Shown here in pieces: positions 33,843 through 43,836 of a stretch of 64,000 nt of DNA. Origin of the DNA: Planctomycetota bacterium (GTDB lineage Bacteria; Planctomycetota; UBA1135; GCA-002686595); the NCBI GenBank assembly GCA_044221705.1, contig JBGAOR010000013.1, positions 2,529-66,528 on the forward strand, read 5' to 3'. Every line of letters begins with the position of its first letter. Positions within the stretch are counted from its first letter, which is position 1. The translations under genes and the position numbers were made by a program. The notes under the pieces were generated by a model. It did no database searches. It was given only the letters and a program-made list of their open reading frames with translations, and had not been told where the DNA came from.

Positions 33843-34077
33843 GGTCAACGGCGGGTCAAGGCGTGGTGCTGCGCGAAGAAAACTGCACGCTTGGAGGGTA
33901 GAATCGTGGGTTTTCCGGAGACCTTACGAAGAAGCGTGTACCGGCGCCGTTCTTATTCGTCATCTCGTGTGTGAGAGGCCCGACCCCCGTCCCGGGCCTC
34001 GGTCACCCCTCCAGTCCCCGCCCCAACCCGCCGACGAGAGCCAGAGCTCCTCGGCCGTCCCCAGTCGGAGTGCCGCC

Positions 34078-35604
34078 GTGCGCCTACTCGCTGCCACGCT
34101 CGCCGCCTCGTTGACAGGCTCGTGCCTGGGCCTGTCTCCCGCTTGGGCGGCTGGGGCCAGTTCCCCGGTTTCGTCGATGGCGATCGCCTCCCGGAGCCCG
34201 GGAAAGCCGACCCGTGCGACTCGGGGGGACGAGATCCCGGTGGCCGGGGCGCAGGCGGGTTCGGTCGAAGCCCAGAGGAGCGCCGCGCGCGTCGCGCTCA
34301 TCGAACGGCTGAACCAGTTGGCGGCCTGGTGCAACGAGAAGGAGCTCTTCATCGAGCGGGATCGCATCTGGCGCAAGGTGCTCGAGATCGCTCCCGACGA
34401 CGCCACCGCCCGCAAGGGGCTGCGCTACGCGCGCAACGTCGACGGCTCGTGGAAGGAGCCGGCGCCGCGCGAACTCAGGAACATCGGGAAGAAGTTCCTC
34501 GACGAGTTGCCGAAGCGCGAGGACGCCGCGTACGCGCCGTACGGCGACACGCTGCTCGCGATGGCCCGCGCTCCCGAGCGCGCGGTCGCGGAGCGGGACG
34601 CGCTCGTGGCCGAGATCCGCTCGATCGCGCCCAACCACGCCGGACTCCACGAGTGGCTCGGCGACGTGCAGATGGGCGATCGCTGGGTGATGCCCGAGAC
34701 CGCGACCGCGAAGGAGCGCCGCGCCGCGATCCGCGCCGAAGCCAAGCGCGTCATGGAAGCCGGCGCGCCGATCCCCAGCGACAAGGCCGGAGCCGACGAA
34801 GCGGCACTGGGCGTCACGTGGAGGACGGTCCTCCAGGGCGAGAACGTGCGCGTGCTCTCGACCGGCCCCGAGGAGGAAGCGCAGCGGATCGCGCGCGCGT
34901 GCGAGGGTGCGGGGACACTGCTCGCCTTCGTGCTCGGGACAGAGATGCGCTTCCCGGGTGCGTACACGGTCTACGTGCTCACCGAGCCGGGAGAGAAGGA
35001 GCAGTTCCTCGCGCGGCTCCCTGGCCTGGCCGACGACGAGCGCGCGCGTCTGTCCGCGCTCGAAGGCACCGGGATCCCGCGCTCGAGCAACGTGGCGCTC
35101 TTCGGCAAGGAGCCCGCGCGCAGGGTCGATGCGGCCGTGCGGCACACGATCGGCAACATCCTCGGCATCTCGGTCGGCGTCTCGCACAAGACGGCCTGGG
35201 CCTGGGAGGGCATCGGCCAGTACCTGACGCGCGAACTCGTCGGGACGCGCCTCACCTGGTTCGTCTCCGAGGCCGCCGACCCGGCGACGGCCGGACTGCG
35301 CGGCAAGTTGATGACTCCGGAGTCCAACTGGATCCAGGAGGCCTACGACCTGCTCGCGACGGGCACGGCCGTGCCGCTCGACGACCTCCTGCGGCGCGAC
35401 CTCGACCGGCTCGACGTACCGGGAGCGCTCACGGGCTACGCGCTCGTCGCTTATCTGCTCGAGGGGCAGCCGTCGGCCACGCTCGAGTTCGTCACACGGT
35501 CGGCCAAGGGCGACGACCCCGCGGCGATCACGGGCGAGGTCCTGAAACGAACCCCGGTGGATCTCCAAGAACGCCTCGTGCAGTGGCTCTCGGAACGGCG
35601 CTAG
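34078..35604 (+). CDS. secreted hypothetical protein with a degenerate metallopeptidase-like motif
   Basis: GTG 34078 gives a signal peptide (RLLAATLAASLTGSCLGLSPAWA). Sequence upstream in frame is low-GC3 and non-coding-like. Contains HTIGN ... AWAWEGIGQYL, which resembles a decayed HExxH ... WxxEGxAxY module. Confidence 0.6.
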   Translation: MRLLAATLAASLTGSCLGLSPAWAAGASSPVSSMAIASRSPGKPTRATRGDEIPVAGAQAGSVEAQRSAARVALIERLNQLAAWCNEKELFIERDRIWRKVLEIAPDDATARKGLRYARNVDGSWKEPAPRELRNIGKKFLDELPKREDAAYAPYGDTLLAMARAPERAVAERDALVAEIRSIAPNHAGLHEWLGDVQMGDRWVMPETATAKERRAAIRAEAKRVMEAGAPIPSDKAGADEAALGVTWRTVLQGENVRVLSTGPEEEAQRIARACEGAGTLLAFVLGTEMRFPGAYTVYVLTEPGEKEQFLARLPGLADDERARLSALEGTGIPRSSNVALFGKEPARRVDAAVRHTIGNILGISVGVSHKTAWAWEGIGQYLTRELVGTRLTWFVSEAADPATAGLRGKLMTPESNWIQEAYDLLATGTAVPLDDLLRRDLDRLDVPGALTGYALVAYLLEGQPSATLEFVTRSAKGDDPAAITGEVLKRTPVDLQERLVQWLSERR

Positions 35605-35623
35605 GGAAGAGAGAGAGAGGGAG
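35603..35623 (+). promoter_or_regulatory. 21-nt all-purine tract (Shine-Dalgarno-like) ahead of the 35633 gene
   Basis: agggaagagagagagagggag ends 9 nt before ATG 35633 and includes a short (GA)n run. Confidence 0.4.
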
Positions 35624-35632
35624 TCGACGAAC

Positions 35633-36916
35633 ATGTTCAGCGCTCACATCGCCCTGGGATTGCTCCTGATGCTGGCCCCGGCCGCGCACGCCGGGGACGT
35701 ACCCGTGGGTTGGACGGACAAGGAGGCGTCGACCGCGCAGCTGCAGGCCGGACTGCCCAAGCCCGCGTTCGACGCCATCGCGCGCTGGACGGGCTTCTGC
35801 TCGGCGCAGAAGTACCGCATGGACCTCGACGCGCAGGGCCGGGTGCTCGTGCTGACCCCGGTGAAGCGCGGGCGGACCAGCGAGACGCTGCGGATCGTCG
35901 GACAGGCCGAGACGTGGTTCGACGGACTGCTCCCGCCTGTCGCCCGCGGGAACACCGTCCCCGCCGCGGCTCCCGGCACAGACGGGAAGCCCGCCGAGAA
36001 GCGCCCCGCGCCGGCCCCGTTGCCCGAGGACCCCGAAGGCCCGCCTCCCAGCGCCCCGAAGAGCACGGGGACGGGGACGGGTGGAGCGAAGGCTCCGACG
36101 CCGCCCACTGCCTGGGGATCCGGCGCCGGCACACCCGACTCGCAGACCGCCGTGCTGCTCATCCTGCACGACGAGAAGGACTACAACGCCCTGCTCGACC
36201 ACCTGGAGGGCAGCGTCGCCTACCTGAAGGACTGGGTGGCGGGCGCGCGCAAGCAGACCGGCCTGACGCTCGAGGACCCGCTCGTCGGCGCGTTCGTCGA
36301 GAACGCATCGGGCCAGGAAGAGTGGAATGGGGACCACGAGGTGTTGAACCGCGTCGTGCAGCTGCTGACGCTGCGACGCTTCGGTCAGCAGCCGAACTGG
36401 ATCGTCCAGGGCATCGCCTGGGAGGCCGAGATGGCGCTGTTCGAGTCCGTCTATTGCTTCCCCTACCGCGACGGGTTCGTCTTCGCGACCGAGCACACGA
36501 GCTGGCCCAGCGATCTGCGCATCGCGTTCAAGGATCGCGCCGCCAAGCCGCTGACGATCGGCGAGCTGGCGGGCTGGCAGCGTGGGACCTGGGATGCCGA
36601 GGCCGCGCCGGTCTCCTGGGGATTCGTGCGCCACCTCGCGGAGGCCCAGAAATCCAAGGAGCACGCGCTCTCCACGCTGTTGGAGGACCTGCGCCGCATC
36701 CGCGACGAGAAGGACCGCCAGCCCACGGGTGCGAACACGTGGAAGCGCATCGAGGGCTGGACGATGTCCGCGGAAGACCAGGAGAAGGCCCTCGTCGCGG
36801 CGTTCGGCAAGGACGTGTTCAAGAAGGCGACCGTGACGATGCGCGGGCTGCGCGACATCGCCGGCAGCACGCCCGGCGAGGCCAAGGCCAAGTCCAAGAG
36901 CACGTCGCGGCGCTGA
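35633..36916 (+). CDS. secreted hypothetical protein, paralogue-like to the preceding gene
   Basis: Clear signal peptide (ALGLLLMLAPAAHA). Pro-rich linker. HEVLN ... PNWIVQGIAWEAE lies at an equivalent position to the motif in the upstream gene. Confidence 0.65.
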   Translation: MFSAHIALGLLLMLAPAAHAGDVPVGWTDKEASTAQLQAGLPKPAFDAIARWTGFCSAQKYRMDLDAQGRVLVLTPVKRGRTSETLRIVGQAETWFDGLLPPVARGNTVPAAAPGTDGKPAEKRPAPAPLPEDPEGPPPSAPKSTGTGTGGAKAPTPPTAWGSGAGTPDSQTAVLLILHDEKDYNALLDHLEGSVAYLKDWVAGARKQTGLTLEDPLVGAFVENASGQEEWNGDHEVLNRVVQLLTLRRFGQQPNWIVQGIAWEAEMALFESVYCFPYRDGFVFATEHTSWPSDLRIAFKDRAAKPLTIGELAGWQRGTWDAEAAPVSWGFVRHLAEAQKSKEHALSTLLEDLRRIRDEKDRQPTGANTWKRIEGWTMSAEDQEKALVAAFGKDVFKKATVTMRGLRDIAGSTPGEAKAKSKSTSRR

Positions 36917-37043
36917 ACTCGCCGCGACACGCGGCGACATTCCTGGTGGATCCTGGCGGCGCGCCCGGCACACTCCGTGCGCGCCGCGCCATCGGCCGGA
37001 GCTCGCCGCCCGCAGGCACTCACCCCCCGGAGCACGAAACGGC

Positions 37044-38477
37044 ATGCACCTGCGCTTCTTCGGCGCGACCGGCGGCACCACGGGCTCCTGTCACGCGCTG
37101 ACCCTGGGTGATCGCACGGTGCTGTTCGACTGCGGGTTCTTCCAGGGCCGCCGCGCGGAGTCGTACGCGCGCAACTCGCGCTTCGCGTTCGACCCGCGAT
37201 CCGTGGAGTGCGTGTTGCAGTCGCACGCGCACATCGACCACTCCGGGAAGCTGCCGATGCTCGCGCGCCAGGGGTTCCGGGGCGCGATCCACGCCACCCC
37301 GGCGACGCGCGACCTAGCCCGCGTCCTGCTCGAGGATTGCGCGCGCATCCTCCAGTCCGATGCACAGTTCCTGAATCGACGGCGCGCCGAGGAGCGGGAG
37401 GGTCGCGGTCCATCGCGCCGGGACCTCCTGCCGCAGGAGGACGTCGAGCCGCTGTACGTCCAGGCGGACGTGGACGCCGCGCTCGACCTGTTCCGCACGC
37501 ACGCCTACGGCGAGTGGTTCGACGTGACACCCGGGTTGCGCGCCCGGTTCCACGACGCGGGGCACATCCTGGGCTCGGCCTGGATCGAGGCGGAGGCGAG
37601 CGAGGACGGGATCGCGCGCCGCATCGCGTTCACGGGCGACTACGGCCGCAAGGGGCAACCGATCCTGCGCGATCCGGAGCCCCTGCGGCCGTGCGACGTG
37701 CTCATCACGGAGACCACGTACGGCAACCGCTCGCATCCTTCGACGCAGGCCGGAGCCGAGGCCATCTACGACGCCGTGCGGCGCCTGGCGCGGCGCGGCC
37801 GCGGACGCCTGCTGGTCCCGGCGTTCGCCGTCGGGCGCACGCAGAACCTGCTCTACGTCCTGGCGCGCGGCGTCCACTCCGGCGCGATCGAGCCGGTCCG
37901 CGTGGTCGTCGACAGCCCCCTGGCCACGCGTGCGACCCAGGTCGTCGCGGATCACCCGGAGCTGTTCGATCCCGAGGCGCTCGCCGAGGTCCGGCGATTC
38001 GAAGAGGAGCCGGCGTTCCGCACGCGGCTCGCCTTCACGAACTCGGTCGAGGAGAGCCAGGCGCTCAACCGCGACCCGCGGCCCTGCATCGTGATCGCCG
38101 CCTCGGGCATGTGCGAGTCCGGGCGCATCCTGCACCACCTCGCCTGGCACGTGGGGAGCACGGACACGGAGATCCTGATCGTGGGCTTCCAGGCCGAGCA
38201 CACACTCGGGCGCCGCTTGCAGGAGGGTCGCGATCCGGTGCGCATCTTCGGCCGCGAGTGCGCCGTCCGCGCGCGGGTCACCTCGATGCTCGGGTTCTCG
38301 GCGCACGCCGATCGGGAAGGGCTGCTCGAAGCCCTGACCCCGCTCGCGCCTGGAGACCCGCGCGTGTTCTTGATCCACGGCGAGGAAGAAGCGCGCCGCC
38401 CCTTCGAGCAGGACCTGCGACAGCGCGGCTTCACGCGCGTCGAGGCGCCTTCGGACGCGCGGACCTGGCCGATCTGA
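37044..38477 (+). CDS. MBL-fold beta-CASP ribonuclease (RNA-metabolising metallo-beta-lactamase)
   Basis: HAHIDHSG (HxHxDH), DAGHILGSA, TETTYGNR, and the beta-CASP / C-terminal motif GFSAHAD. Confidence 0.88.
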   Translation: MHLRFFGATGGTTGSCHALTLGDRTVLFDCGFFQGRRAESYARNSRFAFDPRSVECVLQSHAHIDHSGKLPMLARQGFRGAIHATPATRDLARVLLEDCARILQSDAQFLNRRRAEEREGRGPSRRDLLPQEDVEPLYVQADVDAALDLFRTHAYGEWFDVTPGLRARFHDAGHILGSAWIEAEASEDGIARRIAFTGDYGRKGQPILRDPEPLRPCDVLITETTYGNRSHPSTQAGAEAIYDAVRRLARRGRGRLLVPAFAVGRTQNLLYVLARGVHSGAIEPVRVVVDSPLATRATQVVADHPELFDPEALAEVRRFEEEPAFRTRLAFTNSVEESQALNRDPRPCIVIAASGMCESGRILHHLAWHVGSTDTEILIVGFQAEHTLGRRLQEGRDPVRIFGRECAVRARVTSMLGFSAHADREGLLEALTPLAPGDPRVFLIHGEEEARRPFEQDLRQRGFTRVEAPSDARTWPI

Positions 38478-38576
38478 CCGCTCGGCCCGCGCGTTTTCCG
38501 CTGCGCTACCCCGTTCGGCGGCGGCGTGCGAAGGGGTAGAACCAGGGCGAAAGCGACCGCGCCTCGCCCCCGCCCC

Positions 38577-39944
38577 ATGGCCGCCCCCCTCGACACCGAC
38601 GACGACCTCGCGAACCAGCGCGTCAGCGCCACCGATCTGCGCGACGCCTGGCCGGTCCTCGACGTCGAGGGCCGCGTCGAGGGCTTCCGTCACCTGACGT
38701 CGGCCGAGGCCGAGGAGTTCTTCCTCGAGCTGTCGGGCATGGACCGCGCCCAGGTCGTCGTCGGCCTGCCGAGCGCGGAACAGCGCTGGTGGTTGCGCGC
38801 GCTGCCGCCCGACGACCTGGCCGACGTGCTCCAGGAGACGCCCGAGGAGGAGCGCCCGCGGCTCCTCGACCTGCTCGACGACGCGACGCGGCGCGAGATG
38901 AACGTGCTGCTCGCCTACTCCGAGGACGAGGCCGGCGGCCTGATGAACCCGCGCTACGCGCGGCTGCGGCCGGAGATGACCGTCGACGAGGCCATCGGTT
39001 ACCTGCGGCGTCAGACGCGCGAGCGTGTCGAGAGCATCTACTACGCCTACGTGCTCGACCACGAGTCGCGCCTGCTCGGCGTGGTCTCGTTCCGGCAGCT
39101 CATGATGGCGCGCGGCGACGCGCGCGTGCGCGACGTGATGACGAAGGACCTCGTCACGGTCCTCGACGAGATGGACCAGGAGGCGGTCGGCCGCCTGTTC
39201 GCGCAGCACGACCTGCTCGCCATCCCGGTCGTCGACGCGCTGGGGCGCATGCAAGGCGTCGTGACCGCCGACGACATCGTCGACGTCGTGCGCGAGGAGG
39301 CCACGGAGGACATCCAGAAGATCGGCGGTACCTCGGCCCTCGAGGCGCCGTACCTGCAGGTCGGTTTCGTGGACATGTTCAAGAAGCGCGCGGGCTGGCT
39401 GACGCTGCTCTTCGTGGGCGAGATGTTCACCGCCAGCGCGATGGGACACTACGAGCACGCGATCGAGCGCGCCGCGGTCCTGTCCATGTTCATCCCGCTC
39501 ATCATCTCGAGCGGCGGGAACTGCGGTTCGCAGGCCAGCACGCTCGTGATCCGCGCGATGGCGCTGGGCGAGGTCCGCCTGCGCGACTGGTGGCGCGTGT
39601 TCCTGCGCGAGCTGGCCGCGGGCCTCGCGCTCGGGCTGGTCCTGGGCCTCCTCGGGGTCCTGCGGATCGTGATCTGGCAGTCGTCGTTCCACAGCCCGGA
39701 CGACGCGGCGCAGGGCTATTACGGCCCGCACTACAAGCTGATCGCGGCCACGGTCTTCGCCAGCGTGATCGGCGTCGCGCTGTGGGGCACGCTGGCGGGC
39801 GCGCTGCTGCCGTTCCTGCTCAAGCGTTCCGGCCTCGACCCGGCCAGCGCGTCGGCGCCGCTCGTCGCGACGCTCGTCGACGTCACGGGGCTCGTCATCT
39901 ACTTCAGCGTGGCGATCGCTCTCCTGAGCGGGACCCTGCTCTGA
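38577..39944 (+). CDS. mgtE: magnesium transporter MgtE
   Basis: MgtE N-domain, tandem CBS pair (MNPRYARLRPEMTVDEAI, VVSFRQLMMA, LAIPVVDALGRMQGVVTADDI), then the TM domain with FIPLIISSGGNCGSQ and LVDVTGLVIYF. Confidence 0.9.
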   Translation: MAAPLDTDDDLANQRVSATDLRDAWPVLDVEGRVEGFRHLTSAEAEEFFLELSGMDRAQVVVGLPSAEQRWWLRALPPDDLADVLQETPEEERPRLLDLLDDATRREMNVLLAYSEDEAGGLMNPRYARLRPEMTVDEAIGYLRRQTRERVESIYYAYVLDHESRLLGVVSFRQLMMARGDARVRDVMTKDLVTVLDEMDQEAVGRLFAQHDLLAIPVVDALGRMQGVVTADDIVDVVREEATEDIQKIGGTSALEAPYLQVGFVDMFKKRAGWLTLLFVGEMFTASAMGHYEHAIERAAVLSMFIPLIISSGGNCGSQASTLVIRAMALGEVRLRDWWRVFLRELAAGLALGLVLGLLGVLRIVIWQSSFHSPDDAAQGYYGPHYKLIAATVFASVIGVALWGTLAGALLPFLLKRSGLDPASASAPLVATLVDVTGLVIYFSVAIALLSGTLL

Positions 39945-42249
39945 CCCAGCTGGGTGCCGCGTCGAAGCACGAGCCGAGCGCGGCGTCCATCTCCGGCCGC
40001 AGCACCGGGTCGTGCGCGTTGCAGCCGCGGTCGGCGGGGTCGGTGCCGACGCGCGCGAGCCAGACCGCGCGGAGATCGAGGCCGTCCACGCTCGTCGCCG
40101 ACTGCAAGGCGCTGGAGAGTGCGTCGATCTGGGTCGCGCCCCAGTCGCCCGCGATCGCCGGTCCGTCGCGGAGCTCTGGGGCGAACGTCACGCGCGTCAG
40201 GACCGCCGGGCGTTCGAAACGCCGCGCGACCCGGTCGAGCCCCTCGAGCGCGAGGCGCAGCGAGTGCTCGATCTCCATGCGCGGAAACACCGCGCCGGGC
40301 TCGGCGCGCGGATCGAGATCCATCCCGACCGCGTCGAGGTCGCCCCAGAACGCGATCTTCTCGGCCTCGGCGACGTCGCCCGCGCCGTAGGTGAGGCCGC
40401 CCGAGAACGCGCCGCGCGCCGCGCCGATCACGCGGCGCCAGCCCTCGTGCTTCCACGCGGCCTCCTCGGGCCGCGAGCGCCGCTCCTCGCTCGACGCGCT
40501 GGAGACGGCGCGCAGCGACGAGCCGACGCTCAACCAGTCGACGCTGCACAGGCTGGCCAGGAGCGCCGCGTGCTCGACCGCTCGCGCGTGGTGCGCGAAG
40601 TACGCGGCCCAGTCCCCTTCCTCGTTGCGCGTCCACGCGCCGGAGTAGGAGCCGGCGTCGCTGGCGAGCACGCTCGGGTACAGCGCGACCCGCATCCCGA
40701 GGTGCCGCGCGGCGAACGCTGTCGCGAACAGCGCGACGTCGCCGCACTCGGGCGCCAGCGCGCGCGGCGCACCCCACGGGTCGCCGATCCCGGCGTCGCG
40801 GAAGACGGCGTCGAGCGCGACGGACCGCGCCCCGCGCGTGCGCGCGGAGCGCAGCGCCACGTGCGCGCGGATCGAGCCGTATCCGATGCGCGGGTCCAGC
40901 GCGCTCTCGGCGAACGCGACGCCGGCGACCGGCGCCGCTCCCAGCACGGACCTCCGGCGCTGCTCGCCGCGGCGCGCGACCTCCTCGCGGTGCGGCTCGG
41001 TGCGCGCGCGCAGCTCGGCCGCGAACGATTCCTCCAGGTCCTCGTCCGCCTCGAACGCGCGCGTGCCGCACCACAGGCTGCGCACGTACGCGTCGCCGCG
41101 CGTGGCGCGCACGTGGTCGAACAGCGCCGCGCGCGCCGGCACGAGCACGTGCGCGGAGATCTGCGCGTCCGACCGCGGATCGACGAGCACCGCCGCGCGC
41201 GGCAGCGCGCCGGCGATCGCAAGGCGCGCCAGCCACCGATCGAGGTCGCGCCCCCACCACGATCGCGCGGCCGACACGCTCGCCCCGTCCTCGATCCAGG
41301 CGACGACAGCGGGCCCGAGCACGGCGCGCAGCCCGGCTCGGGTCGCCGCGGCGCCGCCGTCGGTGACTCCGGCGAGCACCAGCATGTCCGCCGCCGGCCG
41401 CGCGCGGTTCCAGCGTCCCAGGCTGTCGCTCTCGCCGCCGAGCCGCAGGTCCTCGACCGCCGCGAGCAGGCGCACGGCCACGCGCGGAGCCGGCGCACCC
41501 GTCCAGGCCGCCGCGCGCGCGCGCGCCGCCTCGAGTTCGCGCAGGATGCGGGCCGCGACCACCGCTTCGATGCCGGGCGCGATCTCGAGCTTGAAGCCGT
41601 CGCTCTCGGTCGACGCGTCCACGGGACCGCGCAGCGCGAGTCGCGCGAGCCCCACGCGGTCCAGATCGCGCTGCACGAGCCCGCCCGCCGGCCGGAGATT
41701 CCCGCGCAGCACGAGGTCCCCGCCGCGCCACGTCGCGAACGAGGGCGTCGCGCGCGGGATCGCATCCTCGATCTGGGGCACGAGCCCCGCCAGATCGTTG
41801 CCCAGCCACAGCGTGACCGGCAGTCCGGGTCGATCCGGATCCGCGAAGGTCGCGCGCGCCGCGTCTTCGGGCGCCTCGTGGTCGAGGTCCGCGACGCGGA
41901 ACCCGCCGCCGCCCTGCATCTCGATCCCCGCGCGCGCGGCGAGCGTCGCCGCCACGCCCGAGCGCGGCGTCCCGATCACGATGCGCGCGGCGTCCGGATC
42001 GCCGGGCGTCTGCACGAGGACGCGGACGTCGCGGCCGCTGCGCGCGCGCTCGAGCGCCGCGAGGCGGCGGAGAGGCTCCGCGGCCGCTTCCTCGTCGACG
42101 TGGATCTCGACCGTGCGCGCCAGGGCGAGGTTGCGCGCCAGCGCCGCGGCGCCGCCCTGGGCCACGGGCTGGCGCGCGTCGCACGCGGCGAGACACGCCG
42201 CCCCGAGCGCGACGAGGATCGGGACGACGGCGCGGATCCGTGCTCGCAC
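39904..42249 (-). CDS. lipoprotein of unknown function (C-terminal half possibly a glycoside-hydrolase-like TIM barrel)
   Basis: GTG start followed by a lipobox (ILVALGAACLAAC). 781 aa with non-artefactual composition. The 3' end overlaps the mgtE 3' end by 41 nt (convergent). Confidence 0.6.
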   Translation of the reverse strand: MRARIRAVVPILVALGAACLAACDARQPVAQGGAAALARNLALARTVEIHVDEEAAAEPLRRLAALERARSGRDVRVLVQTPGDPDAARIVIGTPRSGVAATLAARAGIEMQGGGGFRVADLDHEAPEDAARATFADPDRPGLPVTLWLGNDLAGLVPQIEDAIPRATPSFATWRGGDLVLRGNLRPAGGLVQRDLDRVGLARLALRGPVDASTESDGFKLEIAPGIEAVVAARILRELEAARARAAAWTGAPAPRVAVRLLAAVEDLRLGGESDSLGRWNRARPAADMLVLAGVTDGGAAATRAGLRAVLGPAVVAWIEDGASVSAARSWWGRDLDRWLARLAIAGALPRAAVLVDPRSDAQISAHVLVPARAALFDHVRATRGDAYVRSLWCGTRAFEADEDLEESFAAELRARTEPHREEVARRGEQRRRSVLGAAPVAGVAFAESALDPRIGYGSIRAHVALRSARTRGARSVALDAVFRDAGIGDPWGAPRALAPECGDVALFATAFAARHLGMRVALYPSVLASDAGSYSGAWTRNEEGDWAAYFAHHARAVEHAALLASLCSVDWLSVGSSLRAVSSASSEERRSRPEEAAWKHEGWRRVIGAARGAFSGGLTYGAGDVAEAEKIAFWGDLDAVGMDLDPRAEPGAVFPRMEIEHSLRLALEGLDRVARRFERPAVLTRVTFAPELRDGPAIAGDWGATQIDALSSALQSATSVDGLDLRAVWLARVGTDPADRGCNAHDPVLRPEMDAALGSCFDAAPSWVRAGSRSGERSPR

Positions 42250-42276
42250 GCGTGCGACCTTAGCGGCGCGCGGAGC

Positions 42277-43836
42277 TCACGGGAAGTTCGCGCGGCGCAC
42301 GACGAACGCGCGCTGTGCGCCGATGCCGAACCGCGCGACGAGGAAATCCCCAGGGAGAGGCTGCGAGGCGCGGCCGGCGAAGTCGTTGGGCGTGAGGATC
42401 CAGAGCACCTCGCGTCCGCCGGACCGGAGCTCCTCGACCGTGGGCTCTGGCTCGGCGGTCCAGGCGACCGACTTCTCGCCCGACGCGCACGCGACGGCCC
42501 GCGCGACGTACCCGAACGACGGCTCGACGAGCGCCTGCTGCAGCGGCCACGGCGCGACGAACGCCGCGTCGCGGCGCGCGGCGGCGAAGTGCGCGACCTC
42601 GCGATCGAGCATCAGGCCGTCGCGGTAGCGCATGGAGCGCTCGAGCAGCCAGCCGTCGTTCGCGGCCAAGGGTTCGGCGGCGCCCGGCGCGGCGAACGCC
42701 GCCGGTCGGTCGGGCTGGAACCGGCCGTGCGCGCCCAGCAGGCCGAACAGCGCGATCGCCGCGATGCCCGGCGCTGCCGCGGCGCGCGGCGCGAAGCGCG
42801 CGGCCGACGCCACGAGCAGCGCGATCGTCGCCGGGTACGCCGCGACGAAGTAGCGCGGCAGCGCGTTCTCCCACTGCACGAGCAGGCCCAGGTACGCGAC
42901 CAGGAACACGGCCGGCGCCCAGACCGCGAGAGGGATCGGCGCGCCGCGCGTCCGGCGCGCGAACGCGACGGCTCCGGCGCCGGCGATCAGCGCGAGCGCG
43001 ATTCCGAACTCCGGCACGGTCCACAGCCGCTTCGTCGCCAGCGGGAGCAATCCGGCGAAGAGTCCCGAGCCCGGCGGCGCGCGCTCGAACGCGTGGAGCA
43101 GCGCGATCTGCGCCGCGAAGACGGCGCACAACCCCGCGTGCGCGAACGTCCAGGCGCGTTCGTTCGACGCGCGATCCCGCGCCCCGGCGATGCGCGGAGC
43201 CGACGCGCGCGCGAGCAACACGGCCAGCGCCGCCGCGGCCGCGACGACCCCGGTCGGTTTCACGAGGAGCGCCGCGGCGGCCCACAGGAACGACGCGCGC
43301 CAGCGCCGCTCCGCGGTCGCCGCGATCGCGCACGCCACGGTCGCCGTGAGCGGCATCTCGAGGCCGATCTGGCACGCGATCGCCTGCACGCCCGGCTGTG
43401 CCAGGAACGCGCCGGCCGCGAGCCAGGCGAGCCCGCGCCCGAACGGTCGCGCCATCGCGAACACGGCCGCGCACGCCGCGCCGGCGCAGGCGAACGAGGC
43501 GAGGTGCAGGAGCACGAAGCGCGTCTCGCGGTCCGGCAGCGCGCGCTCGAGGAGCGCGAGCAGCGGCGGGATCGCGCTGAACGGATAGACGCACGCACCG
43601 CCGTCGACGTACCCCGGTTGCTCGCGCAGGAGCCGGAACGGGTCGAGTCCGTTCACGGCCTGCCAGTGCGCCTGCGGGAAGAGGCCGATCAGCGCGTCCC
43701 AGTACGGCGGGTCGAAGAGGACCGTGCCGCGCAGGACCACGAGCGCGACGAACGCGGCGAGCGCGACCCCGGCGCTCTCCCAGCGCGGACTCGGAGCCGA
43801 GGACGAGTCCCGCGGGTGATCGGTGGCGGAGTTCAA
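42277..43836 (-). CDS. polytopic membrane protein, GT-C-fold (ArnT/PMT-like) glycosyltransferase candidate
   Basis: About 10 hydrophobic helices, then a soluble C-terminal region of about 150 aa. The N-terminal part of the long ORF (43837..44469) is Gly/Pro/Arg junk, so the start is placed at TTG 43836. The start is uncertain. Confidence 0.55.
   Translation of the reverse strand: MNSATDHPRDSSSAPSPRWESAGVALAAFVALVVLRGTVLFDPPYWDALIGLFPQAHWQAVNGLDPFRLLREQPGYVDGGACVYPFSAIPPLLALLERALPDRETRFVLLHLASFACAGAACAAVFAMARPFGRGLAWLAAGAFLAQPGVQAIACQIGLEMPLTATVACAIAATAERRWRASFLWAAAALLVKPTGVVAAAAALAVLLARASAPRIAGARDRASNERAWTFAHAGLCAVFAAQIALLHAFERAPPGSGLFAGLLPLATKRLWTVPEFGIALALIAGAGAVAFARRTRGAPIPLAVWAPAVFLVAYLGLLVQWENALPRYFVAAYPATIALLVASAARFAPRAAAAPGIAAIALFGLLGAHGRFQPDRPAAFAAPGAAEPLAANDGWLLERSMRYRDGLMLDREVAHFAAARRDAAFVAPWPLQQALVEPSFGYVARAVACASGEKSVAWTAEPEPTVEELRSGGREVLWILTPNDFAGRASQPLPGDFLVARFGIGAQRAFVVRRANFP

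Noticed and set aside
38478-38576. Possible M-box riboswitch upstream of mgtE
   Set aside because: The spacer is only about 100 nt, shorter than a full M-box, and no conserved M-box elements are apparent.
39904-39944. 41-nt convergent overlap of the mgtE and lipoprotein 3' ends
   Set aside because: Such overlaps are common in compact high-GC genomes. They may simply reflect late stop codons, and no further signal is seen.
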